The notes beneath the pieces were generated by a model. The model was not told the origin of the DNA. It worked only from the letters and a program-made list of their open reading frames with translations, and did no database searches. This document shows positions 57,027-64,000 of a stretch of DNA of 64,000 nucleotides, in pieces (within the stretch, counting starts at the first letter, position 1; every line of letters begins with the position of its first letter). Position numbers and translations under genes: made by a program. Source of the DNA: an uncultured Leptospirales bacterium (GTDB lineage: Bacteria; Spirochaetota; UBA4802; UBA5550). The DNA lies in assembly GCA_964514165.1 (NCBI GenBank), contig CAZEPS010000002.1, forward strand, positions 873 to 64,872, in the 5' to 3' direction.

Positions 57027-59132
57027 ATGGACAAGCTTTTTTATCCCGATTCTATTGCCATTATCGGACTATCATCCAAGCCGAACAACATACCGAGGCT
57101 CGTTCTTGAAAACCTTATCCGTTGGGGATACCGGGGAAGAATCTTCGGGGTCAATCCCACGTCAGAGGACCAGCATGTCAACGGCATAAAAATGTATAAA
57201 AGCCTTTCGGACCTCCCGGTGGTACCGGACCTGGCCTTCGCCCTCATACCGGCCAGGTATGTTCCCGCGACCATCGATGAGTGCGGGAAGGTCGGCATCA
57301 AGTGGATGGCCATTCCCTCCGGCGGTTTTAACGAGCTCGGGGGTGACGGGGCTAAAATAGCCGATGCCGCGGTGCAGGCCGCCGGAAAATACGGCATCCG
57401 TTTCGTCGGCCCTAACGGGGTCACAGTCGCCAACACGGCAAACGGCCTCTGCCTCCCTTTTGTTCCCTCGTACAGCCCCCCCAGGGGGCACATGTCGGTA
57501 ATTTCCCAGAGCGGGGGGGTCGGCCTCATGATGTGGAACCTGATGACCGACGAGAAGGTGGGTATGGCGAAGTTCGCCAGTATCGGGAACAAACTGAACA
57601 TGGACGAGGTGGATTTCCTCGAGTACTTCGGCCGGGACCCGGAGACGAAATACATCTGCATGTACCTGGAAAGCATCCCGAGAGGGGATGATTTCCTCAG
57701 GGTCGCGAGCCAGATAGACAAGCCGATAATCGTGCTCAAGTCGAACACCACCGAGGCCGGCCACAAGACCGCCATGAGCCATACCGCGGCCGTGAGCAAC
57801 GACGAGGACATCATCGACTCCGCCTTCGAGCGGGCCGGGATTATCCGTATCAAGGCCTTTTCCGATTTTATCGCCGTGGTGAAGGCTTTCAGCATGCCCC
57901 CGATGAAGGACAAGCGGATCATGGTCATGAGCCCGGCCGGAGGGTTCACGGTCATGATGGCGGACCTGTGCGAGCGTGAGGGGTTCGAGTTCGCGGACCC
58001 GGGAAAGGAGTTTTACGAGAGCCTGCAGCAGTTTTCCAACGCCGGGGTCATCAACTTCTCAAATCCCCTGGATATGGGGGACATCTACGACGCCGGGATG
58101 TACCCGCACATATTTTACAACATCATGCACAATGAGCACGTGGACGGGGCGGTGTACGTGGGGCAGTGGCCCCACATGCCGAAGGGGGACGACGTGTTCT
58201 ACCGCATGTTCCACACCGATCTCTCGAAAGAGGCGACCGGCACCCTCCTCTCGTCGGGAAAACCGATGGGTATATGCCTCTACGGCCTCGCCGCCACTAT
58301 TACCCGGATCAAGCAGAATATGGAGATCCCGATTTTCAACAGCCCGGAGGAGATGGTGCGGGCCCTCAGGAAACAGCACGATTATTATCAAACAAAGAAG
58401 GAGGGCCCCCTTGAGCTGAAAGAACCGGCAGGTATCGATAAAAAAAGCGGGGCGGATTGGATCGCAGGCCGGGAAGGCGACATCGGCGAAGAGGCCATGG
58501 AACTGCTCGATTACTACGGCATTTCAGCGGCGCCGTCCGGGGCAGCAAATTCCGCGAAGGACGCAGCCGCCCTGGGCAAAAAGTTCGGATTCCCGGTGGT
58601 GATGAAGGTTGTGTCCCCGGACGCCCTCCACAAGTCCGACGCCGGGGGTGTCATCCTGAACATAGCCGGCGAGGCGGCCGCGGAACAGGCCTTCAACGAT
58701 ATCGAGAGGAACCTGGCCGCCTACAAAAAGGGCGCACGCTTCGACGGGGTGAGGGTGATGAAACAGGCGGGCGAGGGGTACGACATGTTCATCGGCGGGA
58801 AGATGGACGACTCCTTCGGGCCGGTGGTATTCTTCGGGTACGGCGGCATCTATATCGAGGTCTTCCATGACGTGGAGAACGTCCTCTGCCCGTCGAACCG
58901 GAAAGAGATTGAGAAGCACCTGAAGCGGCTCAGGACCTGCAAGATCATCAGCGGTATCCGGGGCAGGGGGCCGGGGGACATCGCCGGATACGCGGACATG
59001 ATCGAGCGGGTCAGCTATCTCCTGGCGGACCATCCCGAGATAAAGGAACTCGACCTGAACCCGGTGCGCATACTCGGGGACGGTTCCGGGGTCTTGGCCC
59101 TGGACGCCCGTATGCGAATAGCCCGGGGGTAG
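57027..59132 (+). CDS. acetate--CoA ligase (ADP-forming) family protein, fused alpha/beta domains
   Basis: N-terminal CoA-binding and succinyl-CoA-synthetase-like flavodoxin domains. C-terminal ATP-grasp domain (ELLDYYGI .. KVVSPDALHKSDAGGV); 701 aa. Confidence 0.85.
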   Translation: MDKLFYPDSIAIIGLSSKPNNIPRLVLENLIRWGYRGRIFGVNPTSEDQHVNGIKMYKSLSDLPVVPDLAFALIPARYVPATIDECGKVGIKWMAIPSGGFNELGGDGAKIADAAVQAAGKYGIRFVGPNGVTVANTANGLCLPFVPSYSPPRGHMSVISQSGGVGLMMWNLMTDEKVGMAKFASIGNKLNMDEVDFLEYFGRDPETKYICMYLESIPRGDDFLRVASQIDKPIIVLKSNTTEAGHKTAMSHTAAVSNDEDIIDSAFERAGIIRIKAFSDFIAVVKAFSMPPMKDKRIMVMSPAGGFTVMMADLCEREGFEFADPGKEFYESLQQFSNAGVINFSNPLDMGDIYDAGMYPHIFYNIMHNEHVDGAVYVGQWPHMPKGDDVFYRMFHTDLSKEATGTLLSSGKPMGICLYGLAATITRIKQNMEIPIFNSPEEMVRALRKQHDYYQTKKEGPLELKEPAGIDKKSGADWIAGREGDIGEEAMELLDYYGISAAPSGAANSAKDAAALGKKFGFPVVMKVVSPDALHKSDAGGVILNIAGEAAAEQAFNDIERNLAAYKKGARFDGVRVMKQAGEGYDMFIGGKMDDSFGPVVFFGYGGIYIEVFHDVENVLCPSNRKEIEKHLKRLRTCKIISGIRGRGPGDIAGYADMIERVSYLLADHPEIKELDLNPVRILGDGSGVLALDARMRIARG

Positions 59133-59315
59133 CAGGCAATTGAAAAACCGGTGGTGATACATCAACCCGGGAGCCAGCATTCTTGTGAGTAACTGAACGC
59201 CGTTGATATCAGGGCATTATTTCTGTCATATTTGAGGGACATAATGCCGAAAATGATAGTGTAAACGGGTATTTCATGTATTCCCGCATCTGACCATTAA
59301 TGAGGATTTCGTTAC

Positions 59316-59873
59316 ATGAAACGTTTTCTGGTATTGGTATCGGTACTTATCCTGTTCCTGTGCGGCGCCCTCTACGGCCAGGACGAGGACCCGGGGAAAG
59401 GGGAGCTTAACCTTGAAAAGATATCCGACGACATGAAGTTCAAAAACGGTGTCGGATTCATCAGGCTGAAGCGGTACGGCAAGGCCCTGGCTGAGCTCAA
59501 CGAGTACCTGGAGATATACTATGACGGGATACACCGTGACGAGGCGTACCGTAACATAGCCGAGATCCATTTCAAGCGTTTCGACTACCAGAAGGCGGTA
59601 CAGGTCTACCGCTCCCTGTACGAGGAGTTCAGCAACATTGAGTCCGGGGTGGAGGCGTATTACCGGATTGGTATCTGCTACCGTAAGATGGGATATGACG
59701 AAAGGGCCCGGGAGGTATTCCAGGCCATACTGACCGATCATCCGGATTCTGCACATGCCGCCCAGGCCAGGGTCCAGCTGGATCTGCTCAATATTCTCGC
59801 GGACACCGCCGCCATTCCCGCAGATGAAGTTTCTGACGAAGCCGGTTCAGAAGAAATTGATTCTCTCCCGTAA
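59316..59873 (+). CDS. secreted TPR-like repeat protein
   Basis: Signal peptide and 3-4 TPR-like helical pairs; 185 aa. Confidence 0.6.
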   Translation: MKRFLVLVSVLILFLCGALYGQDEDPGKGELNLEKISDDMKFKNGVGFIRLKRYGKALAELNEYLEIYYDGIHRDEAYRNIAEIHFKRFDYQKAVQVYRSLYEEFSNIESGVEAYYRIGICYRKMGYDERAREVFQAILTDHPDSAHAAQARVQLDLLNILADTAAIPADEVSDEAGSEEIDSLP

Positions 59874-60150
59874 TTTATTTATATTATCTTTACTGGTAAT
59901 TGCCAATAAATGCGTTGACAAATGTAACAGTAAATTAATGATGCCACTCTGATTCTCGTAAAAACGCATTTTTAACATCGTCACCATGTTTTCTTAACGC
60001 GGTTGATGTAACAATAGTAGCAGCAATCATAACACTATATCATAGAGTTATTGTGGCAGGTTACGGATCCCCGCTGCCGTGAGCGGCGGGGTTAATTTTG
60101 CCAGAAATCAGGAATGTATTCCATAGTTAACTATTATCAGAGGTAGAAAT

Positions 60151-62229
60151 ATGCCACTCCATAACGTGAGAAACATCGGGATCGCGGCCCATATCGACGC
60201 GGGAAAGACCACGGTCACCGAGAGAATGCTGTACTTCACCGGTATCACGAGGAAGCTCGGCGAGGTCCATGACGGTGAGGCCACCATGGACTTCATGAAG
60301 CAGGAGCAGGAACGGGGGATAACCATCGCTTCCGCCGCCATTTCCTGCATCTGGAACGATCACGCGGTGAACATCATCGACACACCGGGCCACGTTGACT
60401 TCACCGTTGAGGTGGAGCGTTCCCTCCGGGTTATTGACGGGATGGTCGCCCTGTTCTGCGCCGTGGCTGGGGTCGAACCCCAGAGCGAAACAGTTTGGAA
60501 CCAGGCTGACCGGTACAAGGTCCCCCGCATCGCCTTCGTGAACAAGATGGACCGCATCGGCGCGGATTTCTATGACGCTGTCAAGCAGATGGACGATCAC
60601 CTGGACGCGAACCCGGTGCCCTTCCATGTGCCGATCGGTTCTGAAGAAAACTTCCAGGGCTCCATCGACATTATCGAGAGAAAGGCGGTCATATTCAAGG
60701 ATTTCGATCGCCACGTCACCGATGTGCCGGAAGAATACCGGGAACAGTGCGAGGTGGCCCGGCTCAAGCTCATCGAAAAGCTTGCCGATTACGACGAGGA
60801 GGTGGGGGAGCTCTACCTGAACGAGCAGGATGTCCCTGTTGAACTCCTGAAAAAAGCGGCCCGGAACGCCACCCTGAAGCTCCTCATAACCCCTGTCTTA
60901 TGCGGGTCCGCCTACAAGAACAAAGGTGTCCAGCTCCTCCTGGACGCGATCATTGATTTCCTTCCGTCACCGGTCGACATAGGGGCGATACACGGCATCG
61001 ACCTGGATGACAGGGAGAAGTACCACGCGCGCCATCCTTCACCGAATGACCCCTTCTCGGCTCTGGTCTTCAAGCTGATACACGATCCTTACGTGGGCCA
61101 GCAGACCTTTATTCGGATATACTCCGGTGAGCTGAAGAGCGGCATGCAGGTAATGAACTCGACTAAGGATAAGCCGGAGCGGATCGGCCGCATCATGAAG
61201 ATTCACGCCAAGGAGCGTGAAGAGGTCGAGAGCGCGGGCCCGGGCGAAATCGTGGCACTCATCGGCATGAAGTATTCCAAGACCGGCGACACCCTCTGCG
61301 ACAAGGAGAACCAGCTTCTTCTTGAGTCTATATTCATACCCCCGACGGTCATCGAGCTGAAGGTTTCCCCCACCAGCAAGAAGGAGGAGGAGAAGCTCGG
61401 AGCCGCCCTCAGGAAGCTCTCAATGGAAGACCCGTCCTTCAACGTCCGTTACGACGACGAGACCAGCGAGACGGTCATTTCCGGCATGGGCGAACTTCAC
61501 CTGGAGATCATCATAGACCGCCTGAAGCACGAGTTCGGCGTGGACGCCATTATCGGCGAGCCCTCGGTCGCCTTCAGGGAGACCATCACCGCGGAGGTAG
61601 AGTCCGATTACAAGCACTCGAAGCAGACCGGCGGCAAGGGGCAGTTCGCCCACACCTATATGCGGCTCGAGCCGAACAAGGGGAATGGCTTTGAATTCGT
61701 TGATCACATCAAGGGCGGGGTCATCCCTGCAGAATTTATCCCCTCGGTGAAGAAGGGGATCGTGAGTACCATGGACGAGGGTATCCTCGCCGGGTTCCCG
61801 ATCGTTGACGTCAAGGTTGTGCTCAACGACGGTAACTTCCACCCGGTTGATTCCTCCGATATGGCCTTCAGGACCTGCGGTTCAATCTGCTTCAAGAACG
61901 GTTTCCTCAAGGCGGATCCTATCCTCCTTGAACCGCTTATGAAGATCGAGATCAACACACCCGACGAGTACATCGGGGACATCGTGGGAGACCTGAACAA
62001 GCGGCGGGGACGCATCGAGTCGATGCGGCGCTACCGGAAGGGCTCCCAGAAGCTGAACGGATTCGTCCCCCTGATGGAGATGTTCGGGTACGCGACCCAG
62101 CTCCGAAGCGTCTCGAGCGGCCGCGCGAACTACTCCATGGAGTTCCATGAATACGTGCCCATCAACAGGGATATTCAGGAACGGGTGCTGAAAGATATCG
62201 CAGAAAAGAAAAAGGAAAAAGCCAGTTAA
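60151..62229 (+). CDS. fusA: elongation factor G paralog (stand-alone, EF-G2-like)
   Basis: [10 protein letters not shown]1, DTPGH, NKMD. Full five-domain EF-G length (692 aa). It is not adjacent to rpsL/rpsG/tuf. Confidence 0.9.
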   Translation: MPLHNVRNIGIAAHIDAGKTTVTERMLYFTGITRKLGEVHDGEATMDFMKQEQERGITIASAAISCIWNDHAVNIIDTPGHVDFTVEVERSLRVIDGMVALFCAVAGVEPQSETVWNQADRYKVPRIAFVNKMDRIGADFYDAVKQMDDHLDANPVPFHVPIGSEENFQGSIDIIERKAVIFKDFDRHVTDVPEEYREQCEVARLKLIEKLADYDEEVGELYLNEQDVPVELLKKAARNATLKLLITPVLCGSAYKNKGVQLLLDAIIDFLPSPVDIGAIHGIDLDDREKYHARHPSPNDPFSALVFKLIHDPYVGQQTFIRIYSGELKSGMQVMNSTKDKPERIGRIMKIHAKEREEVESAGPGEIVALIGMKYSKTGDTLCDKENQLLLESIFIPPTVIELKVSPTSKKEEEKLGAALRKLSMEDPSFNVRYDDETSETVISGMGELHLEIIIDRLKHEFGVDAIIGEPSVAFRETITAEVESDYKHSKQTGGKGQFAHTYMRLEPNKGNGFEFVDHIKGGVIPAEFIPSVKKGIVSTMDEGILAGFPIVDVKVVLNDGNFHPVDSSDMAFRTCGSICFKNGFLKADPILLEPLMKIEINTPDEYIGDIVGDLNKRRGRIESMRRYRKGSQKLNGFVPLMEMFGYATQLRSVSSGRANYSMEFHEYVPINRDIQERVLKDIAEKKKEKAS

Positions 62230-62254
62230 GAAAAGCAATTAGAATTAATTTTTA

Positions 62255-62318
62255 ATGAGAGGCGCGATGTACCTCTCATACAGAACCCATGAAAATGTAT
62301 ACTCATGCATTTTCATGG
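62255..62318 (-). repeat. two-hairpin intergenic element, family C, copy 2 (inverted relative to copy 1)
   Basis: ATGAGAGGCGCGATGTACCTCTCAT and CCATGAAAATGTATACTCATGCATTTTCATGG (perfect 11-bp arms). They share the 11-mer ATGAGAGGCGC and the 13-mer AATGCATGAGTAT with copy 1. Confidence 0.65.
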
Positions 62319-62350
62319 TAGGAAGAAAAGGCGGGAATATCCCGCCTTTT

Positions 62351-62815
62351 CTATTGCAGTGACTTCTTCAATCTGTTTACCCAATCACTCTTCCTTTTCT
62401 CCTCGGTTTTGTAGAAGTGAAGGAGCTTATGGATTTGTTTGCAGGTTTCCGGTGAGAGGTCGTGCTCGACCTTGCACGCCTCCCTTTCAGCTGTTTTCAG
62501 GTCCAGGTTGAGGACCACGTGATAGTATTCCGTGAGGCAGCGGTGCCTGCTGTAGATGCTTTCGGCAATGGTTTTCCCCTTGCCGGTAAGTTCTATGAAG
62601 CCGTATTTTTCGTAGTCAATAAGGCCCAGGTCTCTGAGCTTGTTCAGGGCCGCGGTCACGCTCGGCATCTTGATGGAAAGTTTTTTTGCGATGTCCTTGA
62701 CCCTGACCACCCTGTGTTCCTCTGAAAGCATGGCTATGGCTTCCATGTAGTCTTCCATGTTCGAGGTGAGGCCGGTTTCCCGGTACAGATCATCAAGTTG
62801 TAACACGGTCATCAT
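62351..62815 (-). CDS. DtxR/MntR-family metal-dependent transcriptional regulator
   Basis: N-terminal winged HTH (DYMEAIAMLSEEHRVVRVKDIAKKLSIKMPSVTAALNKLRDLGLI) and a metal-binding dimerization region; 154 aa. Confidence 0.8.
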   Translation of the reverse strand: MMTVLQLDDLYRETGLTSNMEDYMEAIAMLSEEHRVVRVKDIAKKLSIKMPSVTAALNKLRDLGLIDYEKYGFIELTGKGKTIAESIYSRHRCLTEYYHVVLNLDLKTAEREACKVEHDLSPETCKQIHKLLHFYKTEEKRKSDWVNRLKKSLQ

Positions 62816-62962
62816 TGTCTTTTCATTGCCGTAATCGCTCTAAAAATGTCAAGATATTAACATTGTTAATCATATATTAATAAGATTAGATCTTTCTAAT
62901 ATGTCAATAAAAAATGATGAAAATGTGAAAATATTGACGTTGATCTCTCTTGCCCTTTTTTA

Positions 62963-63067
62963 GGGGGCTTCTAAAAACTCATTTTTTGAAGCCCCCTCGG
63001 GTACACAAAGTCTGACCCAGCACCATTTTTTAAAAAAATGGTGCTGGACTGGTTGTTAGATGTGCTC
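62963..63067 (+). repeat. structured intergenic repeat, family B, copy B2
   Basis: GGGGGCTTCTAAAAACTCATTTTTTGAAGCCCCC - TCGGGTACACAAAGTCTGA - CCCAGCACCATTTTTT/AAAAAAATGGTGCTGG hairpin - TTGTTAGATGTGCTC. Same architecture as B1. Confidence 0.75.
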
Positions 63068-63115
63068 TTTAGTAAAAACTGTTTGACGGCGGTATTTTCA
63101 TGACAGAGTATACAT

Positions 63116-63223
63116 GGGAACCTCTATAAATTAAACAAGAGGTTCCTCTTTGGGTACGTATTTTGGTTTAAATTTTATTCAGCCCTGATTAATCAGGGCT
63201 GAATAAAATTGTTAGATGTACCC
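63116..63223 (+). repeat. structured intergenic repeat, family A, copy A4 (tandem with B2)
   Basis: GGGAACCTCT..AGAGGTTCC hairpin, core TTCCTCTTTGGGTACGTATTTTGGTTTAAA, ATTCAGCCCTGATTAATCAGGGCTGAAT hairpin, and AAATTGTTAGATGTACCC identical to A1. Confidence 0.75.
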
Positions 63224-63271
63224 TCCAGTCTTATCCGCGGTTTAAACTTCCATACTTCCAAGGAGCGTGTC

Positions 63272-64000
63272 ATGAGGAAAATAATTTCTATCCTGTTCGC
63301 TGTTATGGTTTTTACCGGTACCGGCCTGCTGGCTCAGGAAACCGGTTCTGACAGCGGTGAGGATATCCGGGTGCGGAGGATTGTTATCCTTCCCTTTGAT
63401 AACTACGCCGGTTCCGGGATGAAATACCTGGAATACTATATACCGGAACTGATGAAAGATAACCTGGAGCTAAAAAAAGAAATCGAAGTTCTCGACGCCG
63501 CAGACATCGAGGAGATTCTCATGGTGCAGGAACTCGACTCCTCGGACTTCCGGGACATCGATAACGTGACCCGCTTCCTCTCCATGATAGACGCGGAGAT
63601 GGGGATTACCGGCCGGTATATCATCCACGACACGACGATCAAGATCGACGTGAAGGTGGTCTACGTGACCGGCAGGGTCCTGGACGCCAAGACCTGGGAG
63701 GGGACCGTGGACGAAAGGTTTCTCTCGAGCATGGACAAGTTCGCCCAGAACAGCGACCTCTGGATTAAGAACTATGTCCTCGGCTATTCCGTGAAGGGGA
63801 TGTTTGATGAAAGCAATGTCTTCACCAGGATATTCATGCGGATCAGGGAATCGAAGGCCGGTTTCCTCATCACTAACAAATGGATCTTCGCCGTGATAAT
63901 CGTCGTCTTTTTCTATGTCATCTCCCTGTTTCTCCTTCTCTTCATGGAGAAAGTCGTGAAGAGAATCACTTCCCGCACGGAAACAGACGTGGACGACAGG
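63272..64000 (+). CDS. hypothetical secreted/membrane-anchored protein (3' partial at window edge)
   Basis: Manual translation from the ATG at 63272 gives 243 codons with no stop to the window end. N-terminal signal peptide (MRKIISILFAVMVFTGTGLLAQ) and a C-terminal hydrophobic helix. Not in the supplied ORF track, presumably because it has no stop. Confidence 0.5.
   Translation, partial: MRKIISILFAVMVFTGTGLLAQETGSDSGEDIRVRRIVILPFDNYAGSGMKYLEYYIPELMKDNLELKKEIEVLDAADIEEILMVQELDSSDFRDIDNVTRFLSMIDAEMGITGRYIIHDTTIKIDVKVVYVTGRVLDAKTWEGTVDERFLSSMDKFAQNSDLWIKNYVLGYSVKGMFDESNVFTRIFMRIRESKAGFLITNKWIFAVIIVVFFYVISLFLLLFMEKVVKRITSRTETDVDDR

Noticed and set aside
49686-59180. Antisense ORFs opposite serS (49686..50444), CapA (51962..53008), the ACD gene (57041..57955, 58524..59180) and fusA (60127..60714)
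   Set aside because: Each lies within a gene that has unambiguous family signatures on the other strand.
3780-63223. CRISPR array interpretation of the repeated elements
   Set aside because: The copies are 85-110 bp, not 25-40 bp. They are dispersed over 60 kb, not regularly spaced with unique spacers. They are internally structured with two different hairpins.

Overview
This is a high-GC (about 60%) bacterial chromosomal window with short AT-rich islets. I read about 57 protein-coding genes and one tRNA-Phe(GAA). The ADP-forming acetyl-CoA synthetase, pyruvoyl-dependent arginine decarboxylase, several MBL-fold hydrolases and many TPR proteins suggest a Desulfobacterota-like anaerobe, but that is inference. 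Recognisable housekeeping and metabolic genes: an arginine-to-homospermidine polyamine cluster (pdaD, deoxyhypusine-synthase-like, agmatinase) beside a SET-domain protein; a shikimate kinase - chorismate synthase fusion; adenylate kinase; serS; an RtcA-like protein; a stand-alone EF-G paralog; a sugar-catabolic operon (FGGY kinase, class II aldolase, MFS) under a 7TM-GAF-AraC regulator; and a conserved N-formylglutamate-amidohydrolase / QEGLA-motif / ATP-grasp trio. Accessory content: a HigB/HigA-like toxin-antitoxin islet with a promoter-embedded palindromic operator; a tRNA-Phe-adjacent AT-rich islet with an HD-domain protein, an RHH antitoxin and a truncated PIN (VapC) remnant; an orphan retropepsin-like protease; and an ATL (alkyltransferase-like, PWHRV) protein. 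The most unusual feature is an exceptional density of small structured non-coding repeats that no coding annotation explains. First, a modular two-hairpin element of about 100 bp in two subfamilies, A and B: six copies plus a solo hairpin, all on the + strand in divergent intergenic regions upstream of + strand genes. Second, two MITE-like elements with CACAGAG-type terminal inverted repeats of about 25 bp and nested internal inverted repeats. Third, a 130-bp inverted-repeat element overlapping a promoter. Fourth, a two-hairpin family C present in opposite orientations, whose CATGAAAAT/ATTTTCATG arms recur in a 39-bp perfect palindrome. Also notable is a membrane protein - PAS histidine kinase - MoxR AAA+ - VWA operon with no response regulator. 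No CRISPR array, integrase or prophage was seen.
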